A stretch of DNA of 63,456 bases, the filler included, from Reticulomyxa filosa (Eukaryota > Protista > Foraminifera): the NCBI GenBank assembly GCA_000512085.1. It is 23 parts of 23 records of this genome, joined end to end, with 100 filler letters (N's around TTAATTAATTAA, not from the genome) between each part and the next. Parts side by side here need not be neighbours in the genome. Positions count along the whole stretch, not along the records: positions 9,923 to 13,310 come from ASPP01025595.1; positions 13,411 to 15,142 come from ASPP01034353.1; positions 15,243 to 27,694 come from ASPP01025049.1; 20 more parts are not named here. One strand, given 5' to 3'. Both the position numbers and the translations under genes were made by a program. This document shows positions 12,701-25,492 of this stretch, piece by piece; the first letter of the stretch is position 1, and each line of letters starts with the position of its first letter. Below the pieces are notes generated by a model. It saw only the letters and a program-made list of their open reading frames with translations, made no database searches and was not told the DNA's origin.

Positions 12701-15700
12701 AAGCAACAAATATCACATACACACAAATAAATAATTAATATACGTATAAAGATGTTGTTGAATATGTACATGTATATATATATAAAAATGTACATATTAA
12801 AAACTTTTTCAAGAAATGGACCCAAACACAATTATGACAGGTAACAGGAACTTGGAACAGGCGCACATAAACGACCAATCGAAATGACAACAAGCCCGCA
12901 CATTGTCAATATCCAAGCTTTTTCTTGATTTGATAAATAATGGACTGGTTTTTGAATCGTCGATTCAATTATCATCTGGCACGACGTTGTTCCTTTTGTA
13001 ACAAATACGCACAGCATTAGATCTTCCGTGCACAAATCAAATCGTAAAATACACCCAAATATTGGCGCGAACAACACCAGTCCAATGTATTAAAATAATT
13101 GACAATGGAGTAAAAGATGACATGAACTGCATCTTGTTGTCGACATTATAAGCATCACTGGCGCTGTACTTGTCATTGTCACACCTAGTAATAAACTTCC
13201 ATTGGGGGAGCATTATGTGAAATTAGTCCATATATAAGTGCGCAAAGCCACCACTCGCGGGCGTGAAAGGCCATTTCATAACTGAAGTTACAGACGATCT
13301 TTTTTTTTTTNNNNNNNNNNNNNNNNNNNNNNNNNNNNNNNNNNNNNNNNNNNNTTAATTAATTAANNNNNNNNNNNNNNNNNNNNNNNNNNNNNNNNNN
13401 NNNNNNNNNNTTTTATTTTTCAAGTTATTTTGCAACTAAAAAGTTGTTTTGTTTGTTTGTTTGAACAGCTCGCAAACTCCAAAAAAAATAAAAAAAAGAT
13501 GTCATTTTTGTTTGGATGCCGTGCATCCTTCTGCAAGAGAAAAAAAATAATTGATTATGGGGTAAGGCCCCCCGTCTCCGCAAGGAGTACTAATGGTTTG
13601 GTCTCCATTGATACGTTGTTTTTTTTTTGACGCAATTGACTTTGTTTGTTCTTTGATTAACAGCCTCAACCTGTCTGTTCATAAAACAAACAAATTGTAT
13701 AAGTCCAACTCCCAACTCCCATCAAAGAATAATTTCGGGGTTGAAGCCACCCCGCGTCGCCAAAAAAATGAAAAGGCTTGTTTCTTTTATTTATTTTATT
13801 TGTTATTTTTTTACCAAATGCTTGTGTGTTTGTCAACAGGCATGCCCCCATCAACAAAAAGTCTTATTTGCACCATCCCATAACAAAAAAAAAATATGTA
13901 TAGATTGGAAGCTTACTGCAAATGCATGTAGTTTGTTTTTTAAAAATGAAAAAACTATTTCAATTTTTTAATGTGTTTATAGGGTTCAAGGGCAAAAAGA
14001 ATTTTAAGTTTATTTATCTTTTATTTTTATATATTTTATTTCTATTTGATATCGAGTGATTGTGAACATTGGGGGAAGAAAGAAAATAAATGAAAAAGAG
14101 GGAAACAAATGGGAAAAAGATGGAAAATAAATTGGAGAAAGGGAAAAGTAAACGTGGGATGGGGGAAACAAATGGGGAAAAGGGAAATGAAAATGGGGAA
14201 ATTAGTTGTGAAAAATTTTTATTTAAGGAAATTAAAAATGAATTTAAAAAATGAAGAAAATGTTGAAAATAAAAAAAAAGTGTTCAAAAATTTAAAAGGA
14301 AAAAAAAAACAAAAGTGACAAAGAAAAATAAAGAAAAAAAGAAAAAAAAGATAGAAAAAAAAATTAAAAAAGCAAAAAAAAAAACGAAGAAAAAAGATAA
14401 GAAAAAAAGTAGAATTATAAAAAGAAAAAAGGCAGATTATGCCCTACGCAGCGTTGATTTATTTAAAAAATGGGTTTGCTATTCACGCATGCGAGTGGAG
14501 GCGTTGGCGTTTCGAGCGCACAAGTGGAACGTGTCGTGTGCGTGCGCAAAATCGCAGTTGAATTTTGATTGTGAACTCGTGGGCGACGTTGGGTATTGTT
14601 GGTCGGTGAAGAACAGATAGAGTTGGTTGCATTTTCTGACTTATGTGCCTTGCGTTTGCCGAGGAAGTGCATATTATCTTTACCAAACTGCACCTGAAAT
14701 CGACTATGGAATATGGATGGCGTGTTGGGTAAAGGAAGCAAGAAAAAAGAGGATCAACGAGTATGTCTAATAAAAAAATAGAACACAAATGGTCACTCAC
14801 TCGTTGCAATACTTAAGTCCATTCGATCCGGCCAAAGTGTATCCTTCATCACAATGCCGAAGAGAGCAGATGGATTTGTAATTGGAAATATAACGATATA
14901 AAATTGGGATAGTGCGGCAAGATTCTATCAAATCAATATCAAACAATACCTAGACCTTGGCTCTGTCAAACATAGAAGCAAGTTTGCCAGTAAGAAAAAA
15001 AGAAACGGTGATGGCACGCAAAGTAAGAGCGATATCGATATTATGGTATAGCAACGACAGCAGTGGCCGGACCGACGAAGAAGTGGAAAGTGAGTAAGAA
15101 AAAATCAAGGACATTGTCAAAAAAAAATAATTAACATGGACANNNNNNNNNNNNNNNNNNNNNNNNNNNNNNNNNNNNNNNNNNNNTTAATTAATTAANN
15201 NNNNNNNNNNNNNNNNNNNNNNNNNNNNNNNNNNNNNNNNNNCTCCCATGAAAAAGAACTATACTGAGAAAAAAAAAAAATTGAAAAAAAAGGATAAAAT
15301 ATTGAAATAATTATTAAAGATTTAATAAAAAACCAAAATGATATTTGAAAACTACACGATTTGTATGTATTTTTAAAAAATTAGGTACTGATGTCGTTTT
15401 TTCATGAAGAAAATCAATCATCTATATAAGGTACTGTTTTATTTATCAACTTTATTTTGCATTTTACTGTATCTCACAATAATAAGAAATGAAAAACAGA
15501 TTTGAATTTATTCTAAATTGCTGCTTTCACAAAAACTTTAAAATGTGCTAAATGAAAACTGTCAAATAAACAATCAATTCAAAACAAAGCAATGAAACAA
15601 AAATGTTTAAATTACTTTGTAATTGATAATATTCAGTATTTGCAAGTCATAAATGACAAATTATTAATTCATCTGGCCTTTCTTGGTATTTTCTGGCCTT

Positions 15701-16288
15701 GTGAACAGTCACTAACAATTCGTGTTCCGTAAATACAATAAAAATTTTCTTCTTTTTATTTTTTCTGGACTGCTGTCTTTTCTTTCCTGGGCCGCTTCTA
15801 CGATATATTTTCGTCAATAATGTCGATATTTTCGATATGCTTATCATGTAATAGAGGTTGTTCGGAGATATATATCACCATTTATCTCGAAATACAAATT
15901 GATCACTTGTTTGAGTTTGATCTTAATAATAGAGTGCTTTGATTTTTTTTTAAATGAATTCACTAAATTCGAATTAGTTAACTTATGATATTTCCTCCAA
16001 CTTTAACTTTTATAACATTTTCATTTTAGATATTGTTGTGTTTCTGGAAATTTTTCAAGTATTCACTTGCGTTCCGTTGAATTGTGTAATCAAATTGTAC
16101 ACTTAAAAATAAACAAAAATTCTACTGAAAAATTTACTTTTTTGCTTCTTTTTATTGAAATTAATCGAAAACTATGTTATGACATCACAAAAAAAAAATT
16201 TATTTTAAAAATTTACATGAAATAAACAAGTCTTATGAAATTGGTCACAAAATTGTGCTTCAAGAACAAAAAAAAGAAAGTAATATCA

Positions 16289-19200
16289 TTAAGTATGTGT
16301 CTTGGAAAATCTTGCTCGGTATGCATCAACAAGTGCATTACCTTTTGATCCACCAGTATCTCTGAGTACTTCCTCAGAAACTAAGTTTGTCAGCAGATGC
16401 GAACCTTTCACGGAATTAATATCCAAGGCTTCGCATCGACCATCCGTAGCTGTAGCTATTTCAGTAAAATTTTGTCTTGCTTGCGCATTCACAAAAAAGG
16501 CATGTACACGAATGCCACGTTGTTTTAAAAGTAACAATTCCTCCTTATAGTACGTTGGTTTAGAGAATTTTGTGTTTTTCCAATAATCTTCTCCGCTGTC
16601 ATAAAATCCAACTATTTGTCTTATTGCTGACCCAACAGGCCTGAAGGGACAATCTCTTCTCTTTGTTATTACTTCTTCTTTTGTATTTGCTGGTGCGTCT
16701 CCAATCAAGATGACTTGTGAAACCCCCTCTGTTTCGCACTCTCTGTTGACATGAGCTAATCCAATTTCAATCGCTTCATTGCCCCATCCATAATCTGCTA
16801 CCACGCTTTCCATAAAACTTCGTAGATTCTCAGGTTTTGATTCCCAAGGGGAAACTTGTAAAATCATATCTTCAGGTGCATTATAATTTCGGTAAACCAC
16901 AAACTTCATTTCAAAACTATCGGGAGAAAGTGCATTTTCCTTCAAAATAATAGCAATACGTTCAAACATAGTGCTTACTGTGTTTTTTGCTTTTTGTAAC
17001 AGATGGGACATGGAGCCAGTTGCATCCATAAGCACTACTGTACGTGAAGATTTTTTTTCCTCAGCTCCTCTGTTTCTTTCACATAATATTTTCTTCACTT
17101 CATATGTATTCTTATCTTTTAGCATCGCAACCAAGTGCTGTCCCAATTTGTGTTCTTTTAAGGCTAGTTCCACAAATTTTTTATTTTCTTCATATTGAAC
17201 TTTGAAGTACTTATTTCTCTTTTCATTGAGCACCGGATAAAAGTTTCTTGAGTTTCGTGCACTGTCAATATCTTTTGTGGTAATTAAAAATTTTTCAAGT
17301 GATTTTGCACACAACACCAAGCTGTAGGAACCACTTCCTCCCTGTCTGGCCGTACGTCCTTTGATTTGTATTTCTTCTGACAGTTCTTCAGAAAGAAAAG
17401 TTTGAATCACATGGGGACCACCATTAGCAGACACAATTTGATCACGACACACAAAATCGGTTCCTCTTCCAAATTCTTTGGTGAATAGTCCGATTTGACC
17501 AGATGTGGTGGCACGCTTGATCAACGATTCTTTCTCTTGGAAAGAATTGTCTTCGGTCATTATAATCGCGTAATTTTTTATTGGAAGAAAGTTTGATGAT
17601 TCATAAAATGCTGTTAGCTGTTGTTTAGTCTCAAAAAATATCAAAACAGCTCGTTTTGTTCCTTGATTTTTTCCAACAAGTCGATCGTCAATTTCTTTTT
17701 TAAGTACGATGAAGTAGTCGCTTTCATCGACAACAAGAATGTCCTGTTGTTCTGCAAAGGAAAGATTATTCTTTCCAAACAAAGATGGCATATATGTATA
17801 TTTGGACACACCATAATCACTCTCCACTACTTTTTGTTCTGGTTCGCTCAATGTCTTCAATGTTCCGCTTACTCCCATAATGCAAGAGAAATTTTTGGGA
17901 ACCTCAGCATACGAGAAAGTACCAACTCGAAAAGAAAGACATATATTATTTTTGAGACTTTCAGCACTAATTTTATTTTGTGCATGTTCGTGATAATATG
18001 CAAATAAAGTTTTGTACCCATAGCGTACATCATAGCAAATACTATCTTGCTCTTTATATCCAATCTTGTCATTGCTCACTTGATATCCCGAATCAAATTT
18101 TTGAATGTCATTCAACATATCTTTAATTGCCTCATCCAGCAATGAGTTCCATTCTTTCAATACATTGCAACACTCTTTATATTCATTCGACGTCTGCACA
18201 GTCCTTAATTTTAATCCGGCCGATCTATTGTTCCAAATGAAATTAATAAGTTTAGTGATAGAGTCATGTCGTATCGTAGCTGCAGGCGAATAACAACTGC
18301 CATAAAATTCTTTGTTGAAAAACACATCAACCTCGTCAATCAAGAGAATTTTTGCACGAATCACTCGTGAAATTGCAGATGAGCTCTTTGCTTTGTCAGG
18401 AAGAATCAAGTTTTCCACTAATGTACGTACGTCTCCTCCTTCATTGATAATCCGTTCGCAAAGCTTGTTGAAAGTGCCATAATGGATATAATCGATCACA
18501 CCCAATATATTAAACAACGACTCAAAACTTTTAAAATCTCTGGTACTCAAATATTCACTGTACGAAGCACAATTCACATCAAAACCGAGCAATGCCAATA
18601 CACAACAAGTGATCGCTAAAGTCACTGATTTCCCTTCTCCTGTTCCGATTTGAACTAAATTGCTGATTAATTCGGGTTTGCCTGCATCAACGCCCAACAT
18701 ACGAAATATGGCAATTACTTGAGCTGCATGCGGTTGTGTCAAATAATTATCTTGATCACGCGTACCATTGGCATCATGATAATATTGTGAATTTTGGAGT
18801 GTCCACAAGCAAAAATTTGTGCCATTATAGTCGGGATTTTGTCTCGAATTTTTGCATCCCACACTATGTCATCTGATTTTTGTTCGATACCAGAAACATG
18901 CATTTTTACATTGTTTGCAACTATCTGTAACATTCCTATCTTTTTGCAAATTATCTTTTATTACTTTCCGGTACATGTTCAAAAATTCCTCATATCTTTT
19001 GGCTAACTTTATTTTATCTATTTTGCCCTTTTTGACTTCAATGTGCTGCAAAACATAATCAATTCCGTGCGATTGAGTTTTCTGATTGAATAGTGCAACG
19101 GTATATCCTTTGAACACATTGTGTTCAGCGACAATCATCTCGCCCATTCCAGTTGAGTCTTTTTCTAGACTTAGCGCCAACATTGGAATATCTTTGTACT

Positions 19201-22200
19201 TTCGTTTGTAAGCATTCACGAGTTCATCAATACGGTTGTTAATGACATCCTTGAATCTGAAAATATGTACGGACATTTGTTTCATTGCTAACAGCGATGG
19301 TATTATGCTCTCGATTGTTAAGTTATGTATTGCCTCGTTTTCTAATTGAGTGACCCGATTTCTCACTAAGACATCAACGGCTTCAATTTGAAGCTTCACG
19401 ACATTTTCAAAAATAGAATATTTTTGCATGAAACTCAGGCAACTGTAACTCAGATTGATATAATCACACTCGGCTGCGGTCCAAGTCAAATTTATTTTCG
19501 TCACGAGATTTTGTATTTCCTTCTCTAATTTATCCGGACATTTCTTTAATGTTTCAACATTTGTTACGTGGGAGTTCCATTGCGATATTTGTTTTACAAA
19601 CTCGAGCTTTGCTTTGAGATGCTTGAAAAATCGATCTCTTTCCGTATCATTGATTGTGGTATTATTATTGATGATACCTTCATCCACAATTGATTCCAGC
19701 AGCTTTTGCAACTGGGAATTAAAATCGTGCTTTATCTCGGAATAGGTAAGTAATTTCATTTCTTCGGAAATATTACAATACGCCTTTCTTTTCATAAACG
19801 TTTTCACTTTTTGAAAAAATGCACTCTCTTGTTGGCAGCTATGTTTAGGGTATTAACACTACTAATAAATCTTTACAATTCATATCTTGAAACATCTTTT
19901 TTATGCTTCTCATACAACGAAACAAAAAAAAGAAATGAGCTTGGCATTCAATTCTTTGATTTTATCATTGAAGTTATCAGGTAATAACTCTTCTTTGTCT
20001 TTATTTTCTTTCATTTCAGACACGTCTTTTTTCAATTCAATGCACTGCAGCATAAAATCAAGGAGTTTGGCCATCCATTTTGTGCCATTCACGTCCACGC
20101 TATCACAAAATATAGAATCAATACTCGTGATAATATCGTTGTGACATTTGTTAAGATTACTGACCAAAGTATTGCGAGCAGTGCTGAAAAAATGATTAAA
20201 TTCCTGGATATTTTCTTTGAATAAGACTTTATAACGAAATAATTCTTTCAGCATTGAAAGTGCTCCTTGTGTGTCTTCTTCCATCCATTTTTTTTCTATC
20301 GTCGTGACAATTTCTTGACAAGTTTTTACAAGATGCGTTTGGATCAACTTCTTTTGATCGAGCGTTCCAGTTTTGAGCAAATGGCTAATCTCGTCTAGGT
20401 TTTTTGTTTAATCACCTCATTTACTGCATCTTCAGCATCCTTCATTTTGTGTCCAATATCTTCTTTGTATCCTTTGATTTCTTCCTCCAGATCGCCTTTC
20501 ATGGGTTCGGGTAAAGTCTTCAATACCATGTCACAAAGTCGGGTGCACGACTCAATTTCTCGTGGGGCCAACTGGCCCACTTTATCGCGAATATCACATA
20601 ACAATTCTCGAATCTTTCGAGTGATATCTTCCTGAATTTTGTTCCATGTCTCTTTGTACATGGCATTGGTCTCCATGACTCTTTTCAGCTTTTCATATAG
20701 CTCTTTGGGAGGAAATGAAGAATAGGGATTCGATGTTTGTCCTTTCAGTTGAATAGCTTGGTATTGCTTTACAATTTCCTTCAGTTTATTTTCAATGGTT
20801 TTCTCAAGTGTATCTACACGATCTTAATATTTCCAGAGTTTTCACCTGATTTGCACTGTTCGTTCTCTTCCCTCTTTGTATCATTTTCCCCTTATGCCAT
20901 TGCCATCATTAATTGGGAGAATGGAAGGAGTAGATTTAAAATGATCGCCTAAAATGCCAACAATTCTTCGAATCAGTTTGATTTTGTTTTCAGCTTCCAG
21001 AAAATTCGACGTATTGACGGATGTGTTCACACTATCCAAAACTCCTTCCATCCATTGTTGGAAGATTGCCTTTGTGTCCTCTTCTTTCTTTTCGAAATCT
21101 TTTTGTGCTACTTCATCTACAAATTCAATGACGTATTGTTTTGCTTCTTTGATTTGCTGAAGTTGTCTCTCAACTGTTTCGATCTCTTTCAAGTTAATGT
21201 CATTTTCTCCTAAAAAAATTACTTTTATCCAAATGCTTTGCACCAACTCTTTCAAAGATCGCGTCAGCGAGTTTTTGATCTGTTTGAATACATCTTCAAC
21301 ACGAGCATCACCATCCGCACGCTGTTTGATTTTCGACATTTCCGAGGCAGCGTCCACATAGCGACCCTGGCTAATCGCTTCCAGCACAGGCTTTGTGTCG
21401 ATCACGTCGTCGAGGACCTTCTTTTGGTATTCCAGAAATAGGTCACGGAACTGACAATCTGGTCTGGAAAAGTTGTCCAATGCACACAAGGCTTTGGCCA
21501 TGGCAATCTTGTTTTTCAACGGCTTCAAATTTGTCTGCTGCGCTGCGCTGAGCATCGCATCAGAGAGATTTAAATGGATCTGTCGTAGTTTGATATCGAA
21601 TTTTTCCATGACATCTTTCGGGAAATATTCGAATATCATGAAATGTTGATCCTTCAATTTTTTCACTTCGTTCAATCGATTGTAAATTATTTCCACCTGC
21701 TCAATCGTTTGTGCATTATCACTGTTATCATTTTCACTAACATGTGACAAATTGAGTTGATGCTGGACCATGTTGGAGTATTCTCGTAAAAAACGCTCGA
21801 CCAAAACAAGCGTATTGATGACATCTTGTTTTAAAGGAACAAATGTCTTATTATCCATTTCCTTTATGTCTTCCTCCTCGCCATGTATGGCAGGTCGATG
21901 AGGGGATGTCTTTGCAGTCTTATTGCTTGTCGTGTTTGTAGAAAAGGCACTCGCTTTGCATTCCTTCAAGTAAAGCAAAATCTTTTCTGTTCGCACTGGG
22001 TCCAACACGCCAAAATGATAGCCATTGTAACTTGTTACCTTTGCAATCTCGCGTTCGTACTGTTGATTCACATTCTCCTTTTTCAATGCAAATTCGCGTT
22101 GGATAGTGGCCAATGTGGCTTGAATGGGCTGCTCCAATTGACATACAATCTCTTTGCGAAGATGTGTTAGTTCTGGAATCAATTCTTCCAATCGACGCAA

Positions 22201-25200
22201 TTTCTCCAAATGCGTCACAGTGTTGCGAGCCTCTTCAAGCTGGTCACGGTGATCCAAGTCCAATTCCAATTGCTGACTCGATTGCTGCAGCTCCCACAGA
22301 TGCGATGTCAAACTCTTGGTAATGGCATCCATCAGATTGCTACTTCCTCCTTCTTGACGCTCGTCAATCCATTTCGATCGACTTACACACATCACACACT
22401 CATACAGTCGATTGTAGTTCAATATTGTATTCGGCTTATTCAGGGAATCGATCATTTCGTCAATATCCTTCTGCACCTCACGCACAAATGCAAAGATTTT
22501 TTCAATTATTTGATAGTATTGTCTCTCTGTTCTTTGTTTCACTGATCCCATGCTTCGCAAATCATCCATTACCAAGATCAACTCTTTGATTTTGTCAAGC
22601 GCTTCATATCTTTGCTTTTCAAACAGATATGAAATCCTTTGTCCCACTTTTTCCAAGTACCCAACCACTTCATTCACAAATGAACGAGCCAACTCTTTTG
22701 TCCATTTGTCAAGATCTACATGTGCACATGGCGATTCAAACACAGTTGCTGCGGCTTCCAAAATCGCAAATTTATTTTGCAAAATGTCAATATCAGTTTT
22801 ATCGAGTTTATCAAGTCGAACATGGTCCCCTTCAACTTTTTCGTCCTCCCCCTTTTTTTCATTTGTTGTGGGGTTGTTGATTTCCTTTTTTATTGACTTT
22901 TTCAACACAGCAAATCCTTCTTCCGAGACATGTTTTAGATGCACTAGCAACTCTTTTTCCAAATCGGCAATCTCTTTTCGAATATCAATGAAAGAGCGCA
23001 GCTGTTCTTGAAGAAGCAACGACTTCCCAATTTTCTCCACCTCCTTTCGAAACTCTGCAAATGTATTCTTTCCAATATATTCTTTTGCTTCGCTAACGCA
23101 ACTAAGTAGCCGTTTTTTCAACATTTGGCAAACTGTGGCATAAGAGGCAGCAAAGTCAGGAAAGCAAGTCTGCACTTGTGCAATTTTGTCCAAAGATACT
23201 TGCAAGACATGTATATCTCTTTCCATTTGGGTTGGAATGGCATCCATCAAATCGTCGATTTGTTTTTTAAGATTTTGGTTCAAAGAATTGGCACAAATTG
23301 CATCAGGCAAATAAGTTTGTAACTTTTTCGCAGAAGTTAGTTGAGAGACTACTTTTTGATAGGCCAAGACATCACCTTTGGCAATCGGATGTGAGGAAGT
23401 TATACGTGTGTTGAAGGTCGATTTGGCATGTTCATACGCTTGGTTCCATTCTTTGGTCAACTTTGCCACGCAGTCATTGTACTCATTTGCAACAAGTTCA
23501 TTCTTCAAAATCGAATTCAAGTCCTTGATTTCGTTCAACTTTGCTTCAGCAAGGTTGTAATTGCCTCTCTGAAAAGCCAGCCAAATGCATTCTTTGTGTT
23601 TCTGGACTTGCATGTGCACGCAGATTTGGAAGTTTCAGAAATGAAGGGATGAAAGACTTCGTCAGGATGCTTGATGTACTCCTTCAAATCGACAAGTCCT
23701 CTAACAACTCATTTGGTGAGTCGTTAATCAAATCTGGCGCAATTGTGCCTCTTTTTGTTTTTTTGGCAATATCCCCCAAGATGGCTTGGTACCCTTCATC
23801 GGCCTCGTCTTTTTGTTGCATGTCTCTCAAAATGTCTTTAATTAGAGCATGGATGGACTTGACTTGGTCCTGGGGCCATTTGGTAAATACGTACGAAAAC
23901 GCACTGAGATGGTCAGCTATCGACGGGATAATCGCCACTAATGTACGCGCCAAATCTTTGATACAACTCATGCGATTGCCTTGAGCAGTGTAACTGATCA
24001 ATACCACAGGCTTCACACATGCACAGTCTTGGAGTGCACGAACGATGCCAATGCCATTGGCGACGTCGACCTCGGCGCCATTTGTGTCATCAAACCCCGG
24101 TGTGTCGCAAAGCACGACATCCCCTTTCACATTGAAAATGCTTCGCTCTTTCAAATTGAGTGGGACCGCTGTTATGTATCTTGTCTCGGACTTTGCGTCG
24201 GGGCTTGTGGAACATTGTCCAACGCCTTATTCGCGCTTGTAGTGTCCGGTGCCAGGTGCGGCTTGTCATTGACAAATACCTTCTTCATCTTCGATCCTGC
24301 CAGATAATGTATGAGCGTGGACTTTCCAACTCCAGTGCCTCCGAGCAGCAGTATCACATTCTTACCTTTGATTGCTGTCGCGGCTTCCTCTGTCTTTTTC
24401 ACCAACTCCAACATTAATCTTATGTCAAAGTAATTGCTCTCTGACTTTTTATCAATGCTTCCCGATCTGATTCTGCATCATTCTTGCCATTTATCTCATT
24501 CTCTTTTATTTCATTGCCGTCGCTGTCGTCGATCGATGGCGGTAATGCTGTCGTCTTTTGAATATACCTTTCTTCTCCTTCTTCTTTTTTTTCGTCATTG
24601 CCATCTCCAATATACGCCGACTGCAAATACTCCTCGCGATACTGGTTGCTGCGTGATCCCTCTTGCGTTTCAGTTGGCTGCGCATGCATGCGTCCGTCAT
24701 CTTGCTCACCCTCCGTTCTATAGCCGGAATTGGAATGAACTTTCATCTGCAACCACCATGTGTCACTGTCTTTTTCGGCATATCGAGCTGCCCAAATACG
24801 CTGCAGGTCCTCACCACTTTGGATTCTTTTCTCTTGGCTTTCGTCTTCAAAGTGCACATCATCCGACACATCGCCGACCGCTTGCTTCAAATCTTCAAAG
24901 TGTTGCTTCCAATCCTCTTTTTCCATTTCACCACGAAAATTCGGATTATTCGAATTTTTTGGACACCATGTTATTCTCTTGTCATCTTTCGTTATTCCCA
25001 AGCATCTCTTTTTTTAAAAAAAAAAAAAAGAAATTGAAACAATGAAATTTATATTTAACAATTTGCAAAAAAAAAAAAAAAAAAAAAAGATCTTACTCAA
25101 ACCATTTGTAGTGTATAAAATTCAGCATTTTTATCCTTAATTAGCAAATTCCAAAAATCAAAAAATTCATCGTCATTATCAATATCGTCGTCAATGTTGT

Positions 25201-25492
25201 TTTTATTTATCAAAAGAAATCTGGATGTGGTCGTCAAATGAAGTACTTCTTTGATCGTATTCAACAGCTCTTCCCAGTTTCTCTCTTTCATTGCCTCTGG
25301 CATTCTTCCATCATCACGCAGGTCAGTTGCTTTAAATGTTGCTTTTTCATTCCCATAGGACTCAATTACAATATACTTCGCCTTTGTATGTTTGTGTTCG
25401 TATACGTTTTTTTCGTTACCCCAGTTCTTTCGCTTTGTTTTGTATGTTTTAACGTAGCTAAAAAAAAAGGGAATGGACACACCATCTGCCAA
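16289..25492 (-). CDS. Giant multidomain protein (~3000 aa reconstructed): 2x PB1-like, P-loop GTPase, helical region, SecA-like ATPase, vWA; about 10 frameshifts in the assembly
   Basis: Collinear minus-strand ORFs joined by one GT-AG intron (~25008-25102) and small indels; coding-like sequence is continuous across every break. The 5' end is uncertain. Confidence 0.8.
16310..17045 (-). other. C-terminal vWA domain of the giant protein
   Basis: MIDAS-like VVLMDATGSMS, then YRNY, GNEAIEIGL, VILIGDAP, GIRVHAFFV. Confidence 0.85.
17315..18745 (-). other. SecA-like SF2 ATPase motor of the giant protein
   Basis: QIGTGEGKS, YLSTRD, YGTFN, LIDEVD, GVSGT, RAVLIF, FGRGTDF, GGPHVI, QIKGRTARQG match SecA motifs (TGEGKT, YLAxRD, YGTNN, VDEVD, GMTGT, AGRGTDI, GGLxVI, QLRGRxGRQG) in order. 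Confidence 0.9.
23700..24414 (-). other. TRAFAC P-loop GTPase domain (AIG1/GIMAP/MMR_HSR1-like) of the giant protein
   Basis: G1 LLGGTGVGKST; G2 SETRYITAV (after a 1-bp correction at ~24210); G3 LCDTPGFDDT; G4-like VFTKW. Confidence 0.85.

Noticed and set aside
9923-13310. F-box-like and membrane-transporter-like fragments
   Set aside because: Too degenerate; resemblance not distinguishable from chance by eye.
14109-14620. Lys-rich ORFs
   Set aside because: Translation of A-rich low-complexity DNA.
14440-15142. Possible non-LTR retrotransposon 5' end
   Set aside because: No RT, endonuclease or zinc-knuckle motif visible.
16289-18862. Bacterial secA or contaminant operon
   Set aside because: Fused to vWA and a long eukaryote-style N-terminus with a spliceosomal intron; no SecA wing/scaffold C-terminus recognised; the contig carries a host repeat element.
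16289-25492. Alternative genetic code or stop readthrough explaining the broken ORFs
   Set aside because: The breaks need frame changes rather than readthrough, and all three stops are used normally elsewhere.
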